Shown here piece by piece: positions 28,987-39,875 of a stretch of 64,000 nucleotides of DNA (position 1 is the first letter of the stretch; each line of letters starts with the position of its first letter). Origin of the DNA: an uncultured Gammaproteobacteria bacterium (GTDB taxonomy: Bacteria; Patescibacteriota; Microgenomatia; 2-02-FULL-39-11); contig CAZFNL010000137.1 in the NCBI GenBank assembly GCA_964520615.1, forward strand, positions 84,898 to 148,897. The letters run 5' to 3'. The notes below the pieces were generated by a model that saw nothing but the letters and a program-made list of their open reading frames with translations, was not told the DNA's origin and searched no databases. A program made the position numbers and the translations under genes.

Positions 28987-29916
28987 TTATTGCCTTAAAT
29001 TTTTGAAATATTTGACTGTCAAATCCAATCCTTTGGATAAATCCACCTGCGGCTTCCAACCCAATTTTTCTGCTGCCATTGATGCATCCAAACAACTTCT
29101 CTTCTGCTCCCCATCTTTGGCTGGACCGTATTTTGCGACTATCTGACTGTCAGTAGATTTTTTGATCTTCTCATAAATTTTCACGACATCGGTCTCTTTC
29201 CCTGTCCCGATATTAAAAGCTCCAACGATAGACTTTTTGGCAGCCAAAACGTTTGCTCTTACCACATCAGCTACATACACATAATCCCTCGTTTGCCTGC
29301 CGTCGCCGTTTATAACAGGTACATGCCCATGCAATAGCTTCAAACTGAATATGGCAACAACTCCGGCTTCACCGTGCGGATTTTGCCTGGGACCATAAAC
29401 ATTGGAATATCTTAGTGCGACAAACGGTATACCGCAGGTCTTATAATAAAAATGGAGATAATACTCAGAAGCCAACTTTGATACTCCGTACGGTGACAGC
29501 GGCTGTAATGGCGTATAGCTTTCAGATGTCGGCATTTTTTGTGCCTCACCGTAGACAACGCCACCTGAAGAGGCAAAAATCGCTTTTTTTACTCCTGTTT
29601 TTTTACCTGCTTCCAAAAGATTTAAAAGTCCAATCAGATTTATCTCTGCGTCATTTATGGGGTCATCAACTGAGTTGCGTACGCTTATCTGGGCTGCATG
29701 GTGATTCAATATGTCCGGCTTTTCTTTCTGAAAAATCTTTTCAATTTCTTTTTTGTCTCGTATGTCTGCTTTATAAAAAACTGCTTTTTGGTTTACAAAC
29801 TCCCTGTGTCCGGTTGACAAATTATCAACCACACAGACTTCATATCCTTTAGCAATAAAAGCATCAACGATATGTGACGCAATAAATCCTGCACCACCCG
29901 TAACTAAGATTTTCAT
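28987..29916 (-). CDS. galE: UDP-glucose 4-epimerase-like SDR
   Basis: TGGAGFIAS, HHAAQISVRNS, SPYGVSK and NVYGPRQNPHGEAGVVAIF motifs. Confidence 0.8.
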   Translation of the reverse strand: MKILVTGGAGFIASHIVDAFIAKGYEVCVVDNLSTGHREFVNQKAVFYKADIRDKKEIEKIFQKEKPDILNHHAAQISVRNSVDDPINDAEINLIGLLNLLEAGKKTGVKKAIFASSGGVVYGEAQKMPTSESYTPLQPLSPYGVSKLASEYYLHFYYKTCGIPFVALRYSNVYGPRQNPHGEAGVVAIFSLKLLHGHVPVINGDGRQTRDYVYVADVVRANVLAAKKSIVGAFNIGTGKETDVVKIYEKIKKSTDSQIVAKYGPAKDGEQKRSCLDASMAAEKLGWKPQVDLSKGLDLTVKYFKNLRQ

Positions 29917-29927
29917 ATTCTGATATT

Positions 29928-31544
29928 TTACCTTCCCACTATCCTGAAGGCAACACTGCCGTCCAAAAAATGGATCTCAGAGAGAAACTTGCCGGCGGAA
30001 GCGGCCGGAATTTCATCAGGAGTACCCACAAAAAGTGTATCGCTTAACCTTGAATCCTTTGTCCAATCGATATTGCGGAACTCATATTTGCCAAAAGATC
30101 TGTTTGCTCTCTGAATCTGTCCGCTTCCCCAGTTTTTCTGATACCAGGCGGGGTCAGTTTTATTGTAAAAAAGGAAAAATATATACGGCTGGTCATACCT
30201 GTAGGTTACGATTATTCTTTTGTAATTTGCCGCATATTTATCTACAACCGAGACGGCTTGTTTATAACCATACTGCCATGACTGGGAATCCATAATCGGC
30301 GTATGCACCCAATACATATGCATATAATAAAAAAAGTTGACTAGCAGTAGAAAAACAGCCAAGGTTACAAAAGATTTATAAAATTCCGGTCTTATTTTTA
30401 CTTTCAGGATATATAGGAATTCAAAAAATCCAACAGCTGTAAAAATCTGGTAAGTAGGAATAAACTCCAATGAGCGCACCGCATGAGGAGTACCAGTTGT
30501 TATTGAGGCCGCGGCAGGTGCCAGAAGAAACCACAGAAATATTACGTTTGCTCTTTCATCCCTATGGTTTAACATGTAATAAATTCCAAAAAGAATAAAC
30601 GGAAGAGTCCAAATATAAAGCATACCCATATTTAATGCATGATGACGGCCGGGTGCATCACCATAGAGGAAAAGAAAATCAAAGTTAAAGTGGTCAAGAT
30701 ATCCAGCTAGAATATCAAATCCGTACACTACTCGCCTGTTATGAGTCAAAACACCCAGGAGATCACCTCTCCCACGATCAAATTCTATTTTGCCTATGCT
30801 ATTACCCAACCTTTCCTGGTCATTCATTATTGTAACCGAACCAAGCCTTGCACTTGTAGTTCTCATTTCTATATAAACCGGGGCAACAAGAATTGCTAAA
30901 ATTATGGCACTTGCCAAAAGCCATTTCAGATTCTTCAAAATATATTTTCTGAAAATAAATATAAGCCCCAGAACCATAACTGGACTAATAAGCCTCGGGC
31001 TATGGTAAGCATAGATTGATAGTGCAAATGAAACGGCGGAAAAAAGATAAAACCATCTTTTTTTCATCCCTTTTAGGAAAAACAGAACTCCGGACATGAA
31101 AAAAAACAGACCTAAATTAGCTTCGAAAGCCACGCGGGAAAACTGTATCTGCCAGGGAGAAATAGAGAAAAGAAAAGTAAAAAAAAGATGAAACCGTCGA
31201 CTTCTTTTTGGGAAAAGCTCTTTGATAAGAAAATACGCTACGATAACGGCTAAGAATCCGAAGAATGCCGATATAAGCCTGGTTGAAAATTCAGTCAAAC
31301 CCAGGATTGCCACAGGAATTATAGTCAAATAAGAATATAATGGTGGCTTATAATCTCCGAATGATTTTATCGATAAAGGCAAAAACCTACCATATTCATC
31401 ACGTCCTGTTTGCAATATCGAATAGGCATTGTATCCCAATGAAGCCTCATCCCAATCCAAAGACGGAGGATTGGTTCCCAACTGCCAAAATCTTAGAAAA
31501 AAGGCAAGAGCAATAATTGAAATCAGGGTTATTTTATATCTCAT
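29928..31544 (-). CDS. ArnT/PMT-like GT-C glycosyltransferase (array member 8)
   Basis: PPSLDWDEASLGYNAYSIL, SFGDYKPP, SPW...SR..FE and PHAVRS motifs. Confidence 0.88.
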   Translation of the reverse strand: MRYKITLISIIALAFFLRFWQLGTNPPSLDWDEASLGYNAYSILQTGRDEYGRFLPLSIKSFGDYKPPLYSYLTIIPVAILGLTEFSTRLISAFFGFLAVIVAYFLIKELFPKRSRRFHLFFTFLFSISPWQIQFSRVAFEANLGLFFFMSGVLFFLKGMKKRWFYLFSAVSFALSIYAYHSPRLISPVMVLGLIFIFRKYILKNLKWLLASAIILAILVAPVYIEMRTTSARLGSVTIMNDQERLGNSIGKIEFDRGRGDLLGVLTHNRRVVYGFDILAGYLDHFNFDFLFLYGDAPGRHHALNMGMLYIWTLPFILFGIYYMLNHRDERANVIFLWFLLAPAAASITTGTPHAVRSLEFIPTYQIFTAVGFFEFLYILKVKIRPEFYKSFVTLAVFLLLVNFFYYMHMYWVHTPIMDSQSWQYGYKQAVSVVDKYAANYKRIIVTYRYDQPYIFFLFYNKTDPAWYQKNWGSGQIQRANRSFGKYEFRNIDWTKDSRLSDTLFVGTPDEIPAASAGKFLSEIHFLDGSVAFRIVGR

Positions 31545-33160
31545 ATTTTTTCTCCGATGATAAATACAGTATCACCTTTAAGACTCTGTATTTCCTTTAT
31601 CTCTTTAAAGCCTCCGGGCATATTTCCGGTTGTTGTCACAACTAGTATTTTCCCTTTGGATTTTTGAAGGTTGTCAAAACCGAAATGTATTTTACCTAGG
31701 TCCGAAACATGCCAAAATCCAAACCAATCCCGGGAATCTTTCTTTATATTCTGAAATTGGCTTTCGGTATACCGGTTGTAAAAAGCAAAATATATATACG
31801 GCCGGCCATAAGACTCTGTCACAAAAATATGGTCATATCTTTTTTCCAGTGGCGTCACATAGGAAACCATCTGTTTATACCCATACTGCCACTCCCCGCT
31901 CCAGTCAACTGGATAATGGATATAATAATTGTGCAGATAATAATAAACGCAGGCAACCAGTAGAAATACGACACTAATCGATAACGTCTGAAATAATTTA
32001 GGCGTTAGATCTTCCTTCAAGCTCCTAAATACCATATATACTCCAAAAGCAATAATAATCTGGTACACAGGCAGAATTGACACAATCCTTAATGCATGGG
32101 GGGTTTCCTTTGCCAGAGCTGCCGGGATTGGTACTATAATCATCCAAAAAAAAAGAGGCCAGAAAACATTTTTTCTCTTCTTAAACAGCCAAAATCCTCC
32201 GGCAATGAGGAAAAACAGGTCAAAGACATAAAGTTCACCCATATTTTGCACCGATAGTCTGGGATTGGCGTCACCCTCTACAAAAAGAAACCGTCCGGTA
32301 AAATTGTCAAAATAGTGCTTCAGGAAATCCATTCCGTAAAGCATCCTTCTGTTGTGAATAATTTTTGCCCACCAAACCCCTTTATCATAAGTTATCATTT
32401 CATTTGATTGTTTTAAGGGAGCAAGGTTATTGAAAATAGATACTTCCTGCAATCGAAGTTTGCTTTCCCGGCTCAACAGGTATGGAATGCTGGGGGAAAC
32501 CAATATAATACCTATAAATACCGAAATAATGACCCATTTCTTATTTGAGAGCATATGCCGCCAAAAATAGACTGATAGGAATAAAAGAAGTAGCGGGGCA
32601 ATTATCCTGTTGGCATTGAAAGTATAAAACGAAGCTATAAATAAAATCACTGATAGTGACAAAAACCACTTCTTTCTTTTTGAGAGAAGAAAAAAATACA
32701 CTGCACTTAAATTCAAAAAAGCTGCCATATTGGCCTCGTATGCCGCACGCGACAGTTGCAGCGACCATGGTGAAACACCAATAAACAAAGATGCTAATAA
32801 AGCTGTTTTTTCATTGCCGAATAATTCCAATACTAAAAGATATGTCACCAAAACCATCATTATTCCGCAAACGGCAGACGGAAATCTGACGGAAAATTCA
32901 TTCAGTCCGAAAAGATGGACTGGCAGGACATCTGCATATATGTACCCCGGGGGTTTATAATCTCCAAAGGCAATAAAACGTGCTAAAGGAAAATATTCTC
33001 CATGCTCATCATGAAGGGATGTCCCAATAAGAAATGCATTGTATCCTAGTGAAGATTCATCCCATGAAAGCGATGGTGGATTTATGTTTATCCGGTACAG
33101 CCTGAGTATTGCGGATAATACGAGAATTATAAACAGAATTGCTATATTTTTTTTAATCAT
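31541..33160 (-). CDS. ArnT/PMT-like GT-C glycosyltransferase (array member 7)
   Basis: PPSLSWDESSLGYNA, FGDYKPP, SPW...SRAAYE and PHALR motifs. Confidence 0.88.
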   Translation of the reverse strand: MIKKNIAILFIILVLSAILRLYRININPPSLSWDESSLGYNAFLIGTSLHDEHGEYFPLARFIAFGDYKPPGYIYADVLPVHLFGLNEFSVRFPSAVCGIMMVLVTYLLVLELFGNEKTALLASLFIGVSPWSLQLSRAAYEANMAAFLNLSAVYFFLLSKRKKWFLSLSVILFIASFYTFNANRIIAPLLLLFLSVYFWRHMLSNKKWVIISVFIGIILVSPSIPYLLSRESKLRLQEVSIFNNLAPLKQSNEMITYDKGVWWAKIIHNRRMLYGMDFLKHYFDNFTGRFLFVEGDANPRLSVQNMGELYVFDLFFLIAGGFWLFKKRKNVFWPLFFWMIIVPIPAALAKETPHALRIVSILPVYQIIIAFGVYMVFRSLKEDLTPKLFQTLSISVVFLLVACVYYYLHNYYIHYPVDWSGEWQYGYKQMVSYVTPLEKRYDHIFVTESYGRPYIYFAFYNRYTESQFQNIKKDSRDWFGFWHVSDLGKIHFGFDNLQKSKGKILVVTTTGNMPGGFKEIKEIQSLKGDTVFIIGEKI

Positions 33161-33162
33161 AT

Positions 33163-34827
33163 TCAGCAGGGAATTTTCGGATCAATATAACATTTTTTGC
33201 GCAATGTATCATGTATTACAAAAATAAGCCTTCCGTCATCAGGAGCAACTATCTGGTCTTCTCCTCTTGGTTCTTCGGGACGGCCGATATAAAGGCTATT
33301 GGGAGGTATTATTTTCTTTTTTAATCTGTTTGCATCAAGATCAAGAGAGCCAAAATAATATTTGCCGAGTTTAATAAGATGCCGGCCGTCAGCCATGGTG
33401 ACAGGATGATCTATGGCGTACCTGTATCGTATCGGATCATAATGATTATAGACAGCAAAAGCCAGAGTAGCACCGCTGTAAAAATTTGAAATGAAAATCT
33501 GTTTATATTTGGAAGTTCGGGCTTGTGCATAATCAATAGCTGCCTTATTCTCCCATCCCCACCATGTAGCTGCATAAACCGGATACTCCAGATAATAGCG
33601 AATAAGAAGTGTACTCAATGAAACTGTAAAAAGAAGTACTAAAGATGTAACTAGAACACGTCTTCCTAAAATATTTTCTACTGCTTTAATGCTTTCATAA
33701 ATTCCATAGCCGACAAAAATATATGGAGCGGGTAACAATGCCAATGTCCGTACCGCAAACGGTTTCCCTACAAGCGCTGCGGGTACTGGTGCCAAAAGAA
33801 TCCATCCAAAGAAAAATAAGGCGACTTTCCTTTTTTTAACAAACAGCAGATACGCTCCTACAATAAAAAACGGGAACTCCAGAAGGTAGAACATACCCAT
33901 ATTGCCGGTAAAATACCGTAAAGAACTGTCTCCATAAATGTACCAGAAGTTTGGAGATAAAAGCTCTAAATAATTATCGGCAACTAATTGAACTGTGGTT
34001 AAATATCTGTTATGAAATACAGATTTCAACGCAACAGGAATCTTTGATGCATTTCTTTCCTTTATAACTGTCTGAACAGCTGTTGATTCCAACGATCCGG
34101 TAAGCTTATTGAAACGTGATAGTCCTTTTCCGAAAAACGTTACTTTAATAAGTGGAGAGATAAGAATTAGAAAAAATATGAAACTTATTGCAAACTTTTT
34201 CAGTAAATCCCGCTTCTTGTCCAAACTGTCCTCATATCTATAACTGTAAGCAAAAAGTGAAATTAGGAAAATAGGTACCAGAATCCGGGGAGTAAAATAA
34301 GTGTAAAGAGACATGGAAAAGAAAAACATTCCCAAAAGCATAATTTTCAACCTATTCTTACTGGCAAAATAGAAATAAATACCCAGTATAAAAAACAGTA
34401 GGCTCATCGTTGCTTCAAAATAGCCTCTGGACAGATGTATATGCCATGGTGAAATTGCCATAAGAAAAGCAATTATGAGCGAAGTTTTCTTCCTGAAAAA
34501 TAATCCTGAAAGTAGATAAACCGCATAAACTGTTATCATGGAGGAAATTGCCACCGGAAGCCTTATGGAAAACATATTCATCCCCATCACTTTGAAAAAT
34601 GGCACAAGTATATATACTGGGATTGGAGCTTTATAGTCGTCAAACGACCTGAATTCCAAAGGATAAGGAGTCCCATACTCATCCTTACCAGTCAAAAGAA
34701 TATTGTAGGCATTCCAGGCAAAGGCCTGTTCGTCACCATAAAGTGTTGCCGGGAATTTATTAAGCTGCCAAAAGCGCAGAAAGATGCTCAATATCAATAT
34801 CAGTGCTATCAAAATTTTCGTCTTCAT
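33163..34827 (-). CDS. ArnT/PMT-like GT-C glycosyltransferase (array member 6)
   Basis: PATLYGDEQAFAWNA, SFDDYKAP and SPWHIHLSRGYFE motifs. Confidence 0.88.
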   Translation of the reverse strand: MKTKILIALILILSIFLRFWQLNKFPATLYGDEQAFAWNAYNILLTGKDEYGTPYPLEFRSFDDYKAPIPVYILVPFFKVMGMNMFSIRLPVAISSMITVYAVYLLSGLFFRKKTSLIIAFLMAISPWHIHLSRGYFEATMSLLFFILGIYFYFASKNRLKIMLLGMFFFSMSLYTYFTPRILVPIFLISLFAYSYRYEDSLDKKRDLLKKFAISFIFFLILISPLIKVTFFGKGLSRFNKLTGSLESTAVQTVIKERNASKIPVALKSVFHNRYLTTVQLVADNYLELLSPNFWYIYGDSSLRYFTGNMGMFYLLEFPFFIVGAYLLFVKKRKVALFFFGWILLAPVPAALVGKPFAVRTLALLPAPYIFVGYGIYESIKAVENILGRRVLVTSLVLLFTVSLSTLLIRYYLEYPVYAATWWGWENKAAIDYAQARTSKYKQIFISNFYSGATLAFAVYNHYDPIRYRYAIDHPVTMADGRHLIKLGKYYFGSLDLDANRLKKKIIPPNSLYIGRPEEPRGEDQIVAPDDGRLIFVIHDTLRKKCYIDPKIPC

Positions 34828-36452
34828 TATTTATGAAGGGAATCGTAATCAGCCAAAATAAAGGCCTTAGTGTTATCAGGATAATATACCCTATGTATTG
34901 CGTTATTTAATTTCGGAAAATCATTTGGTGCTCCCACAAACAGTATGTTCTTCATACTCTCAAATCTTGGCGGGAAATCCCCAAACTTGTATTTGCCAAA
35001 TCCGTCTACCCATCCAAAACCGTATTCGTTAAGATTCTCCAATTTTGCCTCTTTCTGATATACGCTTGGTGGGTATTTCATATAGAAAAGCGGGTATATG
35101 TATCCCCAGGCATTTCGGCTAAACCAAATCTGTTTATATTTAGGCTGAAGTTCAACTACCTCATTTATAACCGTTTGCATCCCGAAATGCCAATCTTTTG
35201 CATATCTGACCGGAGAGTTAAAATAGTACATATGTAAATAGTATGCTACGTTTATAGACATAACTACTGTTATGAGTATATAAAATACTCGATATATTAC
35301 CGAGTATTTTCTGTTATCAATTAGTGAGACAATTCCTATTGCAACAATGATACTCAGAATTGGCAATAGCGACAATGTTCTGCTGGCTGAGGGAACGAAT
35401 CTTGTCAGTGATGCAGGAATGAGCGCAATAAGCGTCCAGGCGATAATTACCTGACTATGGATATTTTTCTTTCTGATAAGAAAATACGCTCCACAGAGAA
35501 GAAAAGGCAAAACTGTTACATAAAGTAAACCGTTTCCCAAAGTACGGTAAATTGTAACCGCATCACCATTGAAAAAGAGAAAATCAGCAGAGAAGTTTTT
35601 GAAATAATTATCTAAAAATGTTATCGAATATAACATCGGTTTATTGTGGAATAAAGATGGAAGGAAAAAATTACCAAGTTTGTCCTCTCCTCTCTCCTGA
35701 TTAATTTCATTTTTTAATCCTGCATCTGTTGTTATTGCTGTAAAACTTGGTCTTGACCAAAAATCAGGAGACCTAATTATATTTATAAACGGCAACAACA
35801 AAATTAGACCGGAGACAATTGCCGCTCCAACCTCTTTTCTCATACTATGTAACTGATGTCTAAATATAATCAGAAGACTTGTAAGAAGAAACGGAGCTAT
35901 AACACGCGTATCATGATATGCATACATGGACAGGGCAAAAATAATAAAAGATACTATTATCAGCTTTTTGTATTTAAAAGAATATAAAAAAAGCAGGACT
36001 CCAAGTGAAAGAAGCACTACCGACAAATTATTCTCATGTGCCATACGGTTAAACTGCAACCCGAAAGGAAATACCGCAACAAAAAAAGCGCTGAAAAGTG
36101 AAACTGGGGTTCTCCGGAACATCCTGTCTGAGAGAAGATAAACAGTAACAATTAGAACCAAACCCAAAAAGGCGGAAGAATACCTTACAGCTTCTATAGT
36201 CAGCCCAAACACTTTTACAAACGGAACCATAAAATATATATAAAGAGGAGTTTTGTAGTCCCCAAACGACTTGAACGCCAAAGGGAAAGGAGTACCGTAT
36301 TCATCTTTACCAGTCAGAAGAATGGAATAGGCATTATATCCGTATGCCGCTTCATCACTGTATAATCCCGGCGGGACAGTCGAAATCTTATAGAACCTGA
36401 GAAAGACGGACAGGATAAGTATCAGAACAAATAAAACTGTTTTTTTGTTCAT
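34827..36452 (-). CDS. ArnT/PMT-like GT-C glycosyltransferase (array member 5)
   Basis: PPGLYSDEAAYGYNA, SFGDYKTP and FNRMAHE motifs. Confidence 0.88.
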   Translation of the reverse strand: MNKKTVLFVLILILSVFLRFYKISTVPPGLYSDEAAYGYNAYSILLTGKDEYGTPFPLAFKSFGDYKTPLYIYFMVPFVKVFGLTIEAVRYSSAFLGLVLIVTVYLLSDRMFRRTPVSLFSAFFVAVFPFGLQFNRMAHENNLSVVLLSLGVLLFLYSFKYKKLIIVSFIIFALSMYAYHDTRVIAPFLLTSLLIIFRHQLHSMRKEVGAAIVSGLILLLPFINIIRSPDFWSRPSFTAITTDAGLKNEINQERGEDKLGNFFLPSLFHNKPMLYSITFLDNYFKNFSADFLFFNGDAVTIYRTLGNGLLYVTVLPFLLCGAYFLIRKKNIHSQVIIAWTLIALIPASLTRFVPSASRTLSLLPILSIIVAIGIVSLIDNRKYSVIYRVFYILITVVMSINVAYYLHMYYFNSPVRYAKDWHFGMQTVINEVVELQPKYKQIWFSRNAWGYIYPLFYMKYPPSVYQKEAKLENLNEYGFGWVDGFGKYKFGDFPPRFESMKNILFVGAPNDFPKLNNAIHRVYYPDNTKAFILADYDSLHK

Positions 36453-36454
36453 TT

Positions 36455-38215
36455 TTATTTATAAATCAGTGTTGACGGTGTTACTTCGATATCCAATATA
36501 TAAAACTGCGGGGTACCGTTTTTAAGCCTGATTGTTCTGAGAACTTTACTTGTAACCTCATCCCCAACTGTCAGATTGAAAGTGCTGCCGCCTAACTTTT
36601 CCTTAACATGGGAAAGAAGTTTGTTTGTCACGAGAACTGCACTCCGTGTGGCTCCGGGCGGGGTTGAGTCAACCCTGGAAACCAGCAATCTGTCTGGTAT
36701 AACCAAATCATCAGCCCAATCTATTTTTTTATAAGTTATGCCTCCGAAACTTTTGACATTTTGGAATCCCTCAGCGTCGGTTTGATATCTGACAACATTT
36801 TCCTGATAGAGTTTTGGGTCCGTCCTATTATAAAAGAGAAAGTATATATAAGGTGAATCGTCAGGATTATCGACCACTATATTCCGAAATCTGGGAGAAA
36901 GATTGTCTACATCTTCAACCAACTGTTGGTATCCTCCCCCCCATTGCGCTTCCAGCAATTTGGGGAAATGTATAAAATACCGGTCGATATAAAAGGAAAA
37001 ATTGACTATAAGAAGCACTCCTACTCCAAGCAAAAAGAGTCTTTGGAATGTCTTTTTTTTGACATCTTGAAATAACAGTACAAATCCAATTGCCGCCAAA
37101 ATATAAGGTAAGGGCAGAAAAACCAACATCCGAGCAGAATGGGGTGCATCTTTGGTAATAGCCGCTGGTATTGGAGAAATTAAAAGCCAGAAAAGAAGAA
37201 TGTAACGCCATTTTAATTTATCCCGAAAAATATAAAACAGGCCTAAAAGTAAAAACGGAGCTTCCCACATATAGAGATTACCAAAATCAGGTATATTGTG
37301 TTGCCAGTTATTCCCGCCTTTAATAAACAGAAATTCTGGAGAAAAACCCAAATAATATCCCTGCAGAAACCTTCCGATAAGGAATGTAATTTTGTTATGG
37401 TAGGCAAGAGTAAGTTTGGAATAAGGATTTATATGATCAAATCTTGGCAACACTACTTTCTGGTATACCAGTGATATATCCGATAGGGGCGTCAAGCCGG
37501 AAATTTTCGTCTTATCCGCAACAAAAAGAGTTTTTGCAAAAATTATTAATCCCAATAAAAATACTGGCAGAAGAAACATAAACAACTTCTTCAATTCCCT
37601 GTGGTATGTTAGAAGATAAACAAGAAGTGCGACTAAAAGAAGAGGTGTAAATACATGATTACCATGATATGTATACATACTAAGACCGAAAAATATTGAA
37701 GATAGCGCCATATATCCAGAAGTTTTTATTCCCTTCAAAAATAAATACAATCCCAATACGACAAAAAATACAGCCACATTTGCTTCTGCCGCTTCCCTGG
37801 AAAAGTGAATAGACCATGGAGATATCGATATGAAAAAAGCTGCCAGAAGAGCTATTGCCTCCATCTTTCTCTCATCCCTTAATAGTTCTTTAACCAAGAA
37901 ATATACAAAGAGGATGGTAGCGGTTCCAAAAAGTATGGACGGAAGACGGACCGAAAACGGCGTCAGGGAAAAAAACTTTATCGGGATGACATCCATATAA
38001 ATATAAAGCGGCAGCTTCCAATCGCCGAAAGACTTGAACGATAAAGGCAGAAATTTCCCGTATTCATCATTTCCAGTATTCAGTATGGAATAAGCATTGT
38101 AACCTATGGCCGCTTCATCACGGTTTAAGCCCGGAGGGGCATAATTTGTATTCCAAACCCGAAGCACAAACCCCAAAATAAGGATAAGGAGAATAAGAAA
38201 ATACTTTCTCTTCAT
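36455..38215 (-). CDS. ArnT/PMT-like GT-C glycosyltransferase (array member 4)
   Basis: PPGLNRDEAAIGYNA and SFGDWKLP motifs. True start is likely ATG 38215 (MKRKYF), right after the upstream stop; the ORF track gives 38305. Confidence 0.88.
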   Translation of the reverse strand: MKRKYFLILLILILGFVLRVWNTNYAPPGLNRDEAAIGYNAYSILNTGNDEYGKFLPLSFKSFGDWKLPLYIYMDVIPIKFFSLTPFSVRLPSILFGTATILFVYFLVKELLRDERKMEAIALLAAFFISISPWSIHFSREAAEANVAVFFVVLGLYLFLKGIKTSGYMALSSIFFGLSMYTYHGNHVFTPLLLVALLVYLLTYHRELKKLFMFLLPVFLLGLIIFAKTLFVADKTKISGLTPLSDISLVYQKVVLPRFDHINPYSKLTLAYHNKITFLIGRFLQGYYLGFSPEFLFIKGGNNWQHNIPDFGNLYMWEAPFLLLGLFYIFRDKLKWRYILLFWLLISPIPAAITKDAPHSARMLVFLPLPYILAAIGFVLLFQDVKKKTFQRLFLLGVGVLLIVNFSFYIDRYFIHFPKLLEAQWGGGYQQLVEDVDNLSPRFRNIVVDNPDDSPYIYFLFYNRTDPKLYQENVVRYQTDAEGFQNVKSFGGITYKKIDWADDLVIPDRLLVSRVDSTPPGATRSAVLVTNKLLSHVKEKLGGSTFNLTVGDEVTSKVLRTIRLKNGTPQFYILDIEVTPSTLIYK

Positions 38216-38216
38216 T

Positions 38217-39875
38217 TCAGCTGTTTTTGAAAATCTTAAATAACGACTTACTGGCCGGATTACGTATTTCTTTAATATAACTTTTATCACCGGCCGCCTG
38301 TTCAAAAGGTACTACATATAAAGTATTATTCTGCAAATTATCCTTGACATACTTCCATTCAAAATTATTAGGGAACCAGTATTTCCCGAATCCTTCCACA
38401 TGCTCAAACCCAAAACGGTCGGGCACATAAGGCCTTACTGCCTGCTTTTGATAAAGTGCGGGATTATATTTATTATAGAAAAGAAAATATATATACGGCA
38501 TACCGTTCATATCAGCAACAATCACATTGTCATATCTACCTTCAATCCCACTTATGTAATTCACCACTTGTTTCCAACCCCAATTCCACCAGTCGGAATG
38601 TTCTTTGGGCAAAACAAGAAAATACTGTTGCAAGAAATATCCAAATAAAATCGTATAAACCAAACTTATTGCGATACCCGGTATTATACTTCTGTTGATC
38701 CGGCCGGATAAATATACCGCACCAGTTGCCGAAAATATGACCACTGGTACAACAATATTGAATGTCCGGTTGCTTGAGGGAGTCATAAATGTAAAAGCAG
38801 CAGGAATAATAGAAATTAGTAATAATCCCAAGAGGAGACCTGTGCCCTTATATTTGTGTTTTATCAATAAAATTATTCCTGCCAGAATCAATATCCCGTC
38901 TGGAATATATAAAATTCCCATATTAGGTATCTGAAAAGGCTCAGCCATATCCCCGGTGAAGAAAAGGTAATTACCGTCAAAATGAGATAAATATCTCTTA
39001 ATTATACTTTGCGCGTACATTGTGATGTTGTTGTGGAAAAATCTGGTAATTGCCGGTGAAATTTGTTTTACTCCATCCTGAGCAATATATTCCCATTGCA
39101 AAAGTTTGACTCCCTGATCATAAAAAACGCTAACCGTCTGCGCTCTTCCCAAAAGAACTTCCTTATTTTTCGCTATTCCTACAATAAGAGGAAGAAGTAT
39201 TATACAGCCAGCTAAAAAACCAACTATGACTTCTTTTGATAATAAAGATATGTTTTTTCTGTCCCCCATATAAAGATACAGAATTACAAGTGGTGTAATG
39301 ACACGCATGCCATAATAAGCGTATATTGATAAGGCAAAACAAATAGCAGAAAAAATCAACATTGACGCCCTTTTTTTAGACCAAAGGTAAAACAGCACAC
39401 CGGTTTCAAGGAAAAATAGGCTTACCACTACCAACATCGCCGCCCTGCTCTCTAAAATATGCCATGGAGATATAGCTAGAAATAAAGCAGATAATAAGGC
39501 TATTTTAGAACGTGATTTTTGACCGGAAAAAAGCTCAAAAACAAGTAAATATGTAATAATAACTGTTCCTACTCCCAAAACCGCAGAAGGCATCCTAACC
39601 GCAGCTTCGTCCAATCCCAAAAAATAAATAAAAGGAATCATAAGATATGTAGGCAAAGGCGGTTTCCAGTCCCCGAATGATCTCAAAGATACCGGCAGAG
39701 ATGCGCCGTGTTCATCCCTACCCGTCAGGAGTATGGAATATGCATTATATCCCTGGTCAGCTTCATCAGTGTATAAAGATGCGGGGAAGCTTCCGAGCCA
39801 GACAATACGTAAAACTGCAGAAAAAATTATGATTGCAAGGAGTAATAATTCTGCTTTTAATTTAATATGGCGCAT
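38217..39875 (-). CDS. ArnT/PMT-like GT-C glycosyltransferase (array member 3)
   Basis: PASLYTDEADQGYNA, SFGDWKPP and SPWHILESR motifs. Confidence 0.88.
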   Translation of the reverse strand: MRHIKLKAELLLLAIIIFSAVLRIVWLGSFPASLYTDEADQGYNAYSILLTGRDEHGASLPVSLRSFGDWKPPLPTYLMIPFIYFLGLDEAAVRMPSAVLGVGTVIITYLLVFELFSGQKSRSKIALLSALFLAISPWHILESRAAMLVVVSLFFLETGVLFYLWSKKRASMLIFSAICFALSIYAYYGMRVITPLVILYLYMGDRKNISLLSKEVIVGFLAGCIILLPLIVGIAKNKEVLLGRAQTVSVFYDQGVKLLQWEYIAQDGVKQISPAITRFFHNNITMYAQSIIKRYLSHFDGNYLFFTGDMAEPFQIPNMGILYIPDGILILAGIILLIKHKYKGTGLLLGLLLISIIPAAFTFMTPSSNRTFNIVVPVVIFSATGAVYLSGRINRSIIPGIAISLVYTILFGYFLQQYFLVLPKEHSDWWNWGWKQVVNYISGIEGRYDNVIVADMNGMPYIYFLFYNKYNPALYQKQAVRPYVPDRFGFEHVEGFGKYWFPNNFEWKYVKDNLQNNTLYVVPFEQAAGDKSYIKEIRNPASKSLFKIFKNS

